A stretch of DNA of 64,000 nucleotides from Candidatus Cloacimonadales bacterium. GTDB taxonomy: Bacteria; Cloacimonadota; Cloacimonadia; Cloacimonadales; JAIOQZ01. A model generated the notes under the pieces. It was not told the DNA's origin. It saw only the letters and a program-made list of their open reading frames with translations, and ran no database searches. The stretch covers positions 1,728,001 through 1,792,000 of the forward strand of contig OY771587.1 in NCBI GenBank assembly GCA_963674825.1. The letters run 5' to 3'. A program made the position numbers and the translations under genes. Positions 38,790 to 48,200 of the stretch are shown piece after piece; the stretch's first letter is position 1; each line of letters opens with the position of its first letter.

Positions 38790-39162
38790 GTCAATCTCCT
38801 ATAACGTATTACCTGAAGCGGTTGAAACTGTTCTTAGTCAGAACCCAACGTCAGATATAAATCTAGGTCATCTTAAGGATGATTCATTAGTTTGTAAATC
38901 TTTTTATTGAGGGGAATAACATTAAATGTTGGAAATCATGTGAGGTGGAGAACATTTTCCTTGCAAAGAAAAACGAAATGGTCTCTTTGAGTTCAGACGC
39001 ATGGAAAAGTATGAAATTAGGCATGTGGTTTTTCTGCGTGAAAATATTTCATACTGTGAAATAAATTTCTTGGAATAAATGAAAATTCCGATATATTGTA
39101 TCGTGAATGGGTGACTCGAAAGATGAAGCTCCACTGAATTGCAATGTAAGGAAATTAGATAA

Positions 39163-39954
39163 ATGCCAGAACTGCCGGAAGTTGAGACAATCGCGCGGGG
39201 ATTGAGAGAGAGAATCATCGGGCGTGAACTGGAACGAATCGAATCGTACCGCGAGGGAACGATTCGGAGCGATCGGACCCAATGCAGCGGAACAGTCGAG
39301 CGGATCGACCGGCGTGGGAAGTATATCCTTATCCGGCTTTCGAGCGAGACGACGATTACGGTACATCTGGGTATGACAGGAAAGCTTGTTTTCGCCGATT
39401 CGCTTCCGAAAGATAACCCTCATCTGCGCGCAAGCATACATTTTCGGGATGGTAGTCTGGTGCTGTTTATCGATCCTCGAACCTTCGGATATCTTTTCGT
39501 CGGTCTTACAGGCAGTGATATCAATGGGGTAGGCAATTTAGGGCCTGAACCACTGAGTAAATCGTTTGACAGGAAACATCTTCGTGCCATATTTTCGAAA
39601 AGGAAAGCGCCCGTGAAGAACCTGCTGATGAATCAGCAATTGATCGCGGGTTTAGGTAATATCTACGCTTGCGAAGCGTTATTCCATAGTGGGATTCATC
39701 CGGAAAGGCCGGCATACAGTCTGACGGATGCAGAGATCGGCAAGCTGGTCAAGGCGATCAGGGATGTGCTGAATGAAGCGCTCGAAAAGAACGGAACCAG
39801 CATCTCCGATTTCAGGAGCGTGGAAGACAAAACCGGTGAATTCCAGGATTTCCTGCGGGTTTACGGCAAAAAGAGCTGCAAATGCGGGACAGGGATTCAA
39901 CGGATCCGGCAGGCGGGGCGCTCGACATATTTCTGCCCGAAATGTCAAAAATGA
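39163..39954 (+). CDS. mutM: Formamidopyrimidine-DNA glycosylase
   Basis: 'MPELPEVE', 'RRGKY', 'HLGMTG', 'DPRTFG', 'LGPEP', 'GLGNIYACEAL', zinc finger 'RSTYFCPKCQ'. Confidence 0.97.
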   Translation: MPELPEVETIARGLRERIIGRELERIESYREGTIRSDRTQCSGTVERIDRRGKYILIRLSSETTITVHLGMTGKLVFADSLPKDNPHLRASIHFRDGSLVLFIDPRTFGYLFVGLTGSDINGVGNLGPEPLSKSFDRKHLRAIFSKRKAPVKNLLMNQQLIAGLGNIYACEALFHSGIHPERPAYSLTDAEIGKLVKAIRDVLNEALEKNGTSISDFRSVEDKTGEFQDFLRVYGKKSCKCGTGIQRIRQAGRSTYFCPKCQK

Positions 39955-39968
39955 GAAAGGAGCTATAA

Positions 39969-41144
39969 ATGAAGGCTGTAAAAATCAAAGAAGGAATCTA
40001 TTGGGTTGGTGTGGTCGACTGGGATCTGCGGAATTTCCATGGCTACCTTACGCAACGTGGATCTACATACAACGCATATCTGATTATCGACGAAAAGATC
40101 ACCCTCATCGACAATGTTAAATACTATCTCGCAGACGAATTGCTGGCTCGCATCAGCAGCGTCATTGATCCTTCCAAGATCGACATCATTGTCCAAAATC
40201 ACATCGAGATGGATCACTCCAGCTCGCTACCGATGGTCAAGAAAGTAGCTCCCAATGCAAAGATTTACGCCTCTCCGAAAGGCGTGGAAGGTCTTCCCAA
40301 GCACTATAAAGCGGATTGGGAATATGTCACCGTCAAGACAGGTGACACCCTCAACCTCGGAAAACGCACTTTGCATTTCGTACAGACTCCGATGGTCCAC
40401 TGGCCGGACAACATGGTTTCCTACTGCCCGGAAGAGAGAATCCTTTTCTCAAACGACGCATTCGGCCAGCACATTGCATCGTCGGAACGCTTCGACGACG
40501 AATATCCCTTCAACATCGTCATGGAAGAAGCGATGAAATACTATGCCAACATCGTCCTTCCCTACGGCAAGCAGGTTCAGAAAGCACTGGAGGTGGTCGG
40601 CGGACTCGATATCGATACCATTTGCCCGAGCCACGGTATTATCTGGCGCAAGTACATCCCGCAGATCGTTGAGAAGTACGTGAAATGGTCTGCAAACAAA
40701 ACCGACGACAAAGCTTTGATCATTTACGACACCATGTGGAAATCGACGGAAACGATGGCGAAAGCGATCCAGTCTGTGTTCGAAGATGCTGGAATCCACA
40801 TTTGCATGTGCAATCTTCAACACAACCATATCTCGGATATCATGACGCACCTGACCACCGCGAAATACATCTGCGTCGGCTCGCCTACGCTGAATAACAA
40901 CATGCTACCAACCGTCGCCGCCTTCCTCACTTACATGAAGGGACTGGCACCGAAGGATCGCTATGGCATGGCGTTCGGATCGTATGGATGGGGTGGGCAG
41001 AGCATCGGCCTCGTGCACGATGTCCTGGAATCCTGCGGATTCAAGATGATGGATATGCAACGTCTCCAGTACATCCCGGACGAAAAAGCGCTGGAAGAAA
41101 TGAAACAGAAGATCCGCGAGAGTTTGAACGAAACTCGCGCGTAA
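39969..41144 (+). CDS. fprA: Flavodiiron protein (FprA/ROO/NorV class A)
   Basis: 'GSTYNAYLI', 'NHIEMDHS', 'VHWPD', 'FSNDAFG', 'PSHG', flavodoxin part 'GSPT', 'FGSYGWGG'. Confidence 0.95.
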   Translation: MKAVKIKEGIYWVGVVDWDLRNFHGYLTQRGSTYNAYLIIDEKITLIDNVKYYLADELLARISSVIDPSKIDIIVQNHIEMDHSSSLPMVKKVAPNAKIYASPKGVEGLPKHYKADWEYVTVKTGDTLNLGKRTLHFVQTPMVHWPDNMVSYCPEERILFSNDAFGQHIASSERFDDEYPFNIVMEEAMKYYANIVLPYGKQVQKALEVVGGLDIDTICPSHGIIWRKYIPQIVEKYVKWSANKTDDKALIIYDTMWKSTETMAKAIQSVFEDAGIHICMCNLQHNHISDIMTHLTTAKYICVGSPTLNNNMLPTVAAFLTYMKGLAPKDRYGMAFGSYGWGGQSIGLVHDVLESCGFKMMDMQRLQYIPDEKALEEMKQKIRESLNETRA

Positions 41145-41199
41145 TATATCGTGTAATAACGTGTTGAAACAATAAAAGGATAAGACAGAAGGAGGAAAC

Positions 41200-41709
41200 A
41201 TGATTTCCGAAAAACTGCAAGATGCAATAAACGTACAGATCAACAAGGAACTGTATTCGGAGTACTTATACTTCTCGATGGCCGCCTGGTTTTCTTCGAT
41301 GAATCTCACGGGATTTGAGAACTTTTTCATCGTGCAGGCGCAGGAAGAACATTTTCATGTCATGAAATTCTACAACTACCTCAACGAACGTGGTGGCCGT
41401 GTAATCCTGGACAAGATCGAGAAGCCGCAGGTCGATTTCGATTCCGCGGAGGAGATCTTCGATCTCTCCCTGAAGCACGAGCAGTTCATCACCAAGTCGA
41501 TCAACGAGCTGATGGATGTGGCGATCGCCGAGAACGACCATGCCGCACGCAGCTTCCTGAACTGGTATGTTGACGAGCAAGTGGAGGAGGAGAGCTCGAT
41601 GGAGAATATCCTCAGCCAGCTCAAGATTATCGATGGCAAAGGCCACGGCATGCTTATGCTGGATCGTGAGCTTGCAGCCAGAGTCTATACTCCGCCGACA
41701 ACAGCTTAG
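41200..41709 (+). CDS. ftnA: Non-heme ferritin
   Basis: 'N.QIN.ELYS...Y', 'QAQEE..H', 'HEQFIT..IN', 'FLNWYVDEQVEEE'. Confidence 0.95.
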   Translation: MISEKLQDAINVQINKELYSEYLYFSMAAWFSSMNLTGFENFFIVQAQEEHFHVMKFYNYLNERGGRVILDKIEKPQVDFDSAEEIFDLSLKHEQFITKSINELMDVAIAENDHAARSFLNWYVDEQVEEESSMENILSQLKIIDGKGHGMLMLDRELAARVYTPPTTA

Positions 41710-41751
41710 TAACCAATCGAGTCTGCTCGATACAAACATAGGAGATAGCTT

Positions 41752-42138
41752 ATGACACAGCTTAGAGATATTTATTACTGCGAAGTATGCGGTAATGTAG
41801 TAGCGATTCGCAACGAAGGCGCGGAAGCGCTTGTCTGCTGCGGACAGCCGATGAAGAAACTGGAAGAGCAATCGCAAGACGCCAGCACTGAAAAGCACGT
41901 CCCGTACGTGAAAGAAGTAGAAGGTGGCGTTCTGGTAAAGGTTGGCAAGGAAACCGCGCACCCGATGCTCGAAAAACACTATATCAAGTTCATCGAAGTT
42001 CAGCTGAAAGACCGCGTATGCGTCGCGGAACTGAAGCCGGGCGACGCTCCCGAAGCGTTCTTCCCTGTGAAGAAAGCCGACATCATCAAGGCGCGCGAGT
42101 GGTGCAACGTCCACGGTCTCTGGAAATACGAAATCTAA
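41752..42138 (+). CDS. dfx: Desulfoferrodoxin (2Fe superoxide reductase)
   Basis: Center I 'CEVCGN...CCGQPM'; center II 'EKHVP', 'HPM...HYI', 'CNVHGLW'. Confidence 0.95.
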   Translation: MTQLRDIYYCEVCGNVVAIRNEGAEALVCCGQPMKKLEEQSQDASTEKHVPYVKEVEGGVLVKVGKETAHPMLEKHYIKFIEVQLKDRVCVAELKPGDAPEAFFPVKKADIIKAREWCNVHGLWKYEI

Positions 42139-42161
42139 AGAATATAGAAGGAGAAAGTTGG

Positions 42162-42749
42162 ATGGAATTCAAGAATTCAAAAACTGCTGAAAATTTGATG
42201 AAAGCGTTTGCAGGTGAGTCACAGGCTCGCATGCGCTACACGTACTACGCAAAAGCCGCGGAGAAAGAAGGTTTTCTGCAAATTGCGAATATCTTCATCG
42301 AAACGGCAGAGAACGAGAAAGAACACGCCAAGCTGTTCTTCAAAAAGCTGATCGAGCACGGTCTTAACGGTGACGGTGTCGTAATCAACGGCGCTGGTTA
42401 TCCTGTTGGCCTCGACGACACGATGAAGAATCTGGAATGGGCCGCGAACGGCGAGAACGAGGAATGGACAGACCTCTATCCTACATTCGCGAAAATCGCG
42501 GAAGAGGAAGGCTTCAAGGATGTCGCATCCGTTTTCCGTCTTGTCGCGCAGGTTGAGGTTCGTCACGAAAATCGCTTCCGCAAACTGCTGGCGAACGTGA
42601 AGAATCACGAGGTTTTCAAGAAAGACGGCAAAGTCTTCTGGAAATGCCTCAACTGCGGTCATATCGTCGAATCGATCGAAGCACCGGAAAAATGCCCGGT
42701 TTGCTTGCATCCCAAGAAATACTTCGAAGTTTGGATCGAGAATTATTGA
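42162..42749 (+). CDS. rbr: Rubrerythrin
   Basis: '[14 protein letters not shown]', 'ENEKEHA', 'GE.EE...LYP', C-terminal 'WKCLNCGH...CPVC.HP'. Start set after the GAAGGAG RBS. Confidence 0.96.
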   Translation: MEFKNSKTAENLMKAFAGESQARMRYTYYAKAAEKEGFLQIANIFIETAENEKEHAKLFFKKLIEHGLNGDGVVINGAGYPVGLDDTMKNLEWAANGENEEWTDLYPTFAKIAEEEGFKDVASVFRLVAQVEVRHENRFRKLLANVKNHEVFKKDGKVFWKCLNCGHIVESIEAPEKCPVCLHPKKYFEVWIENY

Positions 42750-42779
42750 TCCGGCTCGAGAAATACAGGAGGAACCAAG

Positions 42780-42917
42780 ATGAAATACGTATGTGACGCT
42801 TGTGGATACATCTACGATCCCGAAGAAAACGACAATGTTCAGTTCGCTGACCTTCCCGAAGACTGGGTATGCCCGGAATGCGGCGTTGGCAAGGACATGT
42901 TTAGTCCGCTGGACTAA
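42780..42917 (+). CDS. rub: Rubredoxin (45 aa; below the ORF-track cut-off)
   Basis: Translates to [54 protein letters not shown]. Confidence 0.96.
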   Translation: MKYVCDACGYIYDPEENDNVQFADLPEDWVCPECGVGKDMFSPLD

Positions 42918-42928
42918 GTAAGCTATCA

Positions 42929-42963
42929 GCAGCCGTCGGTGAGAGCCGGCGGCTGTTCTTTTC
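42929..42963 (+). terminator. Intrinsic terminator ending the fprA-ftn-dfx-rbr-rub run
   Basis: GCAGCCGTCGG-TGAGAG-CCGGCGGCTGT followed by TCTTTTC. Confidence 0.8.
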
Positions 42964-43105
42964 AATTGGTTCACGGGCATCCCTGCCTGCATTCACAACA
43001 AAAATATATTTACAGAAATGGCTTACGTGCTGAGATAGATTCCGATCTCTGAGATGCTATTACAAAATTGAATTGATAAGACGAACAATAAAGGAGAAGA
43101 AACCT

Positions 43106-43558
43106 ATGACAACAAAAGAATTCCATGAAGTCATCGATTTCGCCGTGGAACGTGAGAAGGAAGCGGTCCAATTCTACGTAGATCTGCAAGAAGTCGCCAA
43201 GTTTGCTGCACAGAAAGTGATGTTGGGCGAACTCGCCGATATGGAACGCGGTCACATTCGCGTCCTGGAAAGCATTCGTCAGCAGGGTGGAACAGAAAAG
43301 GCCGTTGCCAGCGTTCCCAACCTTCAGATCAGCGAATATCTGGTTCCTGCCAAGCCGACTGCCGAGATGACCTACCAGGATATCATCATCACCGCGATGA
43401 AGCGCGAAGAGAAATCCAAAGCGCTGTATGAGAACCTGGCTTCCAAGATCGACGACGAAGAACTCTCCGCCATGCTGCTTCGCATTGCTGCCGAAGAAGC
43501 TCAGCACAAGCTTCGTTTCGAGAAGATCTACGACGAAGAAATTCTCAAGGATAATTGA
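43106..43558 (+). CDS. Ferritin-like/erythrin di-iron protein
   Basis: Twice repeated 'A...E.....FY/LY...LA..E..H' di-iron helices; RBS AAGGAG. Confidence 0.85.
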   Translation: MTTKEFHEVIDFAVEREKEAVQFYVDLQEVAKFAAQKVMLGELADMERGHIRVLESIRQQGGTEKAVASVPNLQISEYLVPAKPTAEMTYQDIIITAMKREEKSKALYENLASKIDDEELSAMLLRIAAEEAQHKLRFEKIYDEEILKDN

Positions 43559-43634
43559 ACCAAAGCCATATAATTTATAGCCGGGCATTCGCTTACGTGC
43601 AATGTCCGGCAATTTGCTTATACGGAGGAATCAC

Positions 43635-44141
43635 TTGATTCAGCTCTACACCGGAAACGGAAAAGGAAAAACCACTGCCTCCATCGGTCTCTGTATCCGC
43701 GCACTCGGACGCGGAAAAAAAGTCTGCCTGATACAGTTCATGAAGAAGAACTGGGAATATGGCGAAATCCGTATGCTGAACACTATCCCCGGCATCGACG
43801 TCTTTCAGTTCGGCACCGACAAGCTCATCGACCCGAACAACCCCGCCCCCATCGACTTCGAAGAAGCCGAAAAAGCTTACCGAAAAGCGAAGGAAGTGTT
43901 GGAAGCCGATCATTACGATGTAGTTGTTATCGACGAAATCAACGTAGCGGTCGAATGGAAGCTCCTGCCGATCGAAAAGCAGCTCGAGCTGATGCGGATA
44001 CCCACAGAAGCGGAAATCGTCATGACGGGCCGATATGCGCGTCAGGAGGCGATCGATCGCGCCGACCTCGTAACCGAGATGCGCGAAATTAAGCATTACT
44101 ACGTTCAGGGCATCCCTGCACGTGAGGGAATCGAGCACTGA
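43635..44141 (+). CDS. cobO: Cob(I)yrinic acid a,c-diamide adenosyltransferase (CobA/CobO/BtuR)
   Basis: 'IQLYTGNGKGKTT', 'IQFMK', 'DEIN', 'MTGR', 'ADLVTEM..IKH.Y..G..AR.GIE'. TTG start follows GGAGG. Confidence 0.93.
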   Translation: MIQLYTGNGKGKTTASIGLCIRALGRGKKVCLIQFMKKNWEYGEIRMLNTIPGIDVFQFGTDKLIDPNNPAPIDFEEAEKAYRKAKEVLEADHYDVVVIDEINVAVEWKLLPIEKQLELMRIPTEAEIVMTGRYARQEAIDRADLVTEMREIKHYYVQGIPAREGIEH

Positions 44142-45178
44142 TGAGCCAACGCTTTATTCAGCGTCATCTCTATAACAGATCCCCGATCTCTTACCTGCTC
44201 TATCCGTTTTCATTGCTCTACGGGGGCATCCAGACCCTACGCCGCAAGCGCTATCGCATCCATCCGCCGGATGATATCCCCAACGCGCCGAAGATCATCG
44301 GCGTGGGAAACATCGTCTCCGGTGGCAGCGGAAAGACCCCGTTCACCATCTTCCTCGCCGAATACCTGAAAAGCCAGGGAAAGCACCCTGCTATCTGCCT
44401 GCGAGGGTATCGCGGAGGATTCGAGCATGACAACCGCATCATTTCCACGTTCGACGAGATTCTCCCCGAAGCGAAGCAGGCCGGCGACGAGGCTCGGATG
44501 CTGGCGGAAAAGCTTCCCGGCGTACCGGTTGCAGTCGGCGCGGACAGGAGATTATCGATCAAAATGCTGATGCACCGTATGCCGGAAATCGATTGTATTC
44601 TTCTGGACGACTCATTCCAGCACTTGAAGGTGAAGAAAGATGTTATGTTCGTGGTATTCAGCGCAATCGGCGGAGTCGGAAACGGTTTTGTCCTGCCTTC
44701 CGGTATCCTGCGCGAGCCGCTTTCGGCACTGCGTTACGCCGATTGTATTGTGATCAATGGCAGTGGATGGCAACTGCCCTGCGAGACCTTTGGAAAGCCG
44801 GTAGTCCATGGTGAATTTGCCATCGATAAGCTCTACGATTCGAAGGGTACGACGGTTGAATTGAACGGGTTCAGGGATAAGAAAATCCTGCTGATGTCCG
44901 GCATCGGGAATCCATCGTCCTTCGAAAAGACGCTCACCCAAAGCGGCATCGCGTTCGTCGATCACCTCAAGTTCAACGACCACTACGACTATTCTCAGCC
45001 CGGTTTTCTTCCCACGCTGCGCAAAAAGCTTAACGATTCAGGCTGTGATCTGATCCTCACCACGGAGAAAGATTTCTCCAAGCTCTCCGGCCTCGACCTC
45101 TCGGATATTCCACTGGCTGTCGTGGCAGTACGGTTTGAGGTGAAGGAATCCAAGATTCTGGAAAGACTGCTGGGATAA
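44141..45178 (+). CDS. lpxK: Tetraacyldisaccharide 4'-kinase
   Basis: 'VGNIVSGGSGKTP', 'RGY', 'GDEA', 'LDD.FQH', 'LPSG.LREP', 'GIGNP..F', 'F.DH', 'TTEKD'. Confidence 0.95.
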   Translation: MSQRFIQRHLYNRSPISYLLYPFSLLYGGIQTLRRKRYRIHPPDDIPNAPKIIGVGNIVSGGSGKTPFTIFLAEYLKSQGKHPAICLRGYRGGFEHDNRIISTFDEILPEAKQAGDEARMLAEKLPGVPVAVGADRRLSIKMLMHRMPEIDCILLDDSFQHLKVKKDVMFVVFSAIGGVGNGFVLPSGILREPLSALRYADCIVINGSGWQLPCETFGKPVVHGEFAIDKLYDSKGTTVELNGFRDKKILLMSGIGNPSSFEKTLTQSGIAFVDHLKFNDHYDYSQPGFLPTLRKKLNDSGCDLILTTEKDFSKLSGLDLSDIPLAVVAVRFEVKESKILERLLG

Positions 45179-45206
45179 GAAAAGGGCAAGCCCGAAGACC
45201 TGCCCC
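45177..45206 (-). terminator. Intrinsic terminator of the giant gene
   Basis: Minus strand GGGCAGGTC-TTCG-GGCTTGCCC-TTTTCTT (UUCG tetraloop). Confidence 0.75.
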
Positions 45207-45223
45207 CGTCATTCTTAAACACA

Positions 45224-48200
45224 TTATCTTGTGATTGTTATCTCCGCAGTATCTGCTGTCACCCGATAGAAAAACGTCCCGGTCATTGCTGCGCCTGAAT
45301 CGGTCCACGTCAATTGATTCGTTGAATCGACCAATATCCATCCAGCGTCCGGTGTTTCGGATCGATAGACGTTGTAGCTGTTCGCACCCGTAATCGCATC
45401 CCAGGATAGAACCACATCCGAACCCTCAAGCGTCAATGCGATGTTTTGCGGCGGATCGAGTCCGAGGATATCCGTTGTGAATTGCACCGCCACGCCATAT
45501 GCAATCCCAGCCTCGTTCTGAGCCCAGGCACGCACAAAGTAGGTCGTGCCGGGGGTAAGGCCATTCATCTGGCTTGCGTATGAGCCGGTTTGTGCGCCTT
45601 CGTTGGTGTAGTTGTCCGCTAAGGTCGGAGCTGGGCTTTCGCTCCAGCAAATACCACAATCGATGATATTACACCATCCATCAAAGACGATCTCACCGCC
45701 ACCCATCGCAGAAGTCGGCAGGATGGCTGAAACAGACGAAGTTGCGACATCTGGAACTGCGATACCGTTGCCGGTCAGGTTGACGAATTGTGAATCGATT
45801 TGGGCAGTCGAAAGGATGGCATCATCATCGAAGTCACCGCCACGCCCTGGCGCGAACCGCACGTAGAGCGTAGTTTCAGCCACAATACCGTTTACGGGTT
45901 CCAGGTCTAGTTCCTCGCTGAAAGAGCGATCTCTGGAACGGGTATCCGAAGTTGAAACAACAAATCCGTATGGCATGGAGACATGGATCGGATCGGCCAG
46001 GTTCGTACCGCTGACAGTGAGAGTCTGCGAGCTCGATTGCTCTCCGACAACGATGTTGCCGTAATCGGGCAGTGATGTCACAGATATGGTAAACGACGGC
46101 CCGGGCGCTGTGTCGAACGTGACCTGCGTACCATAGGATGTTCCAGCGCCGTTGGTCGCGTAAGCACGAACGTAATACGTATCGTCCGGATTCAGATTGG
46201 TCAGTTCACTGACGAACGATCCCAGCGATATGTTCTCCGAAGTATGGTCATTCATGATCGTTGGCATGGATGATGTGCTCCAGCAAACGCCAGCAGCGGT
46301 TACCGTGCTGTTGTTGTCCTGAAGTATAATACCACCGGATATAGCTGATGTGCTCGTGATCCCGTTCACTTCGGCGGTATCAACCAGAGGGTAGTCCACT
46401 CCCGTGCCGCTAACTTCTACATACTGGTTATCGAGATTGATACCACAGCAAACGATGTTATCCTCGTACGTAACCAGCTCAGTTGGTTCGAAGCGAACGT
46501 ATATGATGGTCTCTGGAACCTGCTCGTCAATAGGCGTCAGGCTAAGATAATCGGTGAATTCCCGATGTGGGGAAGAGGTGGAGAGGCCGTCGACACGTGT
46601 TCTCCGGCTTTCTTCGGAAGTAAGTGAGATATTGAATCCCGGTGGAGCGTCCAGGATGATATCGCCCATCAGATATTCGCCGCTGACCACGAAGCTCTGC
46701 TCTATTGATTCCTCACCGATAGCCGTTTCTCCGAAATTGCTCAACGGTATGTTGTCGAGGGTCATTTGCGGTACCATAGTAGTAAAGGTTAGTTCATCGC
46801 CATAGAACATACTGGAAGGAACTTCCACAAATGCGCGGCAGTAGTAGTTCCATCCGCCGAAGAGGGCGTTCATCTGCACCTGGAAGGTTCCTATCGAATC
46901 GCTGACCGTGGCATAGGAATCGTCGATGGTCGGGTTCCCCACGCGGTTCCAGCAGAACCCTGCCCGAATCACGTCCTGATTTCCGTTGGAGACGATTGTT
47001 CCAACGCCTGTCGCATAGCCTGCGTGAAGATCAATCACCGAATCGGAGGTGATCTGCGGATCATCGATTGCCCATCCGTAAAGATCGATTGATTCATCGG
47101 AGCCGGCATTGTGTGAGATAACAAGCGGTTCTTCGTTGAAATCACCTGGCTCCGTCGGCTGGAATGCGACTTCGAATGTCCCGGTATTCCAGGGTGAAAT
47201 CGAGAAGGAAATCTGGTTACGATCACGCTGTAATCGGCTGGTCAATTGCCGGCTGTTGCCTGCTTCCGATACACTGTAGTGGGTCGGTGTGGTCATTGTT
47301 CCGGTCAGCGTAATATCGCCTTGATTTTCGATTGTAAACTGTTGTGTCTCGGTTTCGCCTACTTCGATCTGACCAAATCCAAGCCAGGAATCGCTTATGC
47401 TGAGAATGGGCGATCCGATGATCATATCGCACATAACGCTACGAAGCGGCTCAATCCCGTCGTTGCAATCGATCTGGATACCACCCATGTAATAGCCTGC
47501 GATTAGCGTGCTGGAGTCGAAACCGATCGTATAAACATCCGGTGCGCCTCCGGCAGCGATAGAGCCCGTTACTTCGGTCCCGCCATCGAGTATCAACCAT
47601 TGTATGGTGACGGGGGTTCCGGTCAGCAGCACATCGTCGATCATGACTCCGTTTGCCCACAGGTTGTTGTACACCCGGAAGGCAAACTGCACGTTGTGCC
47701 CTTCATACGCCATCAGCGGATAGGTGAGCTGTTGCCAGGACTGTGTCAGGTCATTCTGTGAGAAACTGTCGATGAACGACCATGCGCCACCATCGACAGA
47801 TATCTCGACTCCAAAATCTCCACCATATAAAGGTGGATCGTAGCTCCGAATCCAGAAAGAGAGCTCTGAATCCGAAGATAGTAAAAACTGCGGTGTGATC
47901 AACCGAGCGTCGTTGATATCCCAGTAAACTGCCCGAGCGCAACGAGATCCGGTGTGCGAGACGGTCCAATCTTGATCCCAGGTTGTGCCGTCCGCTGTAT
48001 CCAGCTCCTCGGTGCTCCATCCTTCTGGTGGGAAATCTCCTTCGAAGCTTTCGTCGATAAGGTTATCGCGCTGACGCCCCCACATTTCCACCGTGGCCGT
48101 ATAATTCAGCGTCTGATTACCGGTGTTCGATATTGTAATAGAGCGCGAATCGCTTCCACCAGGTAGGAGCTCGACCTGAATGGATTCAGGATCGGTCACG

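Noticed and set aside
39008..39055. 10-bp inverted repeat AGTATGAAAT...ATTTCATACT in the divergent intergenic region
   Set aside because: Single occurrence in AT-rich DNA; cannot be distinguished from chance or assigned to a regulator or MITE.
42018..42161. N-terminal extension of rubrerythrin in the ORF track
   Set aside because: Overlaps dfx. The RBS and family alignment place the start at 42162. Similar start trimming was applied to lolA, ACP, the GT4, cobO and the giant gene.
41266..43612. 282-, 257- and 200-aa minus-strand ORFs
   Set aside because: Shadows of ferritin, dfx, rubrerythrin, rubredoxin and the ferritin-like gene.
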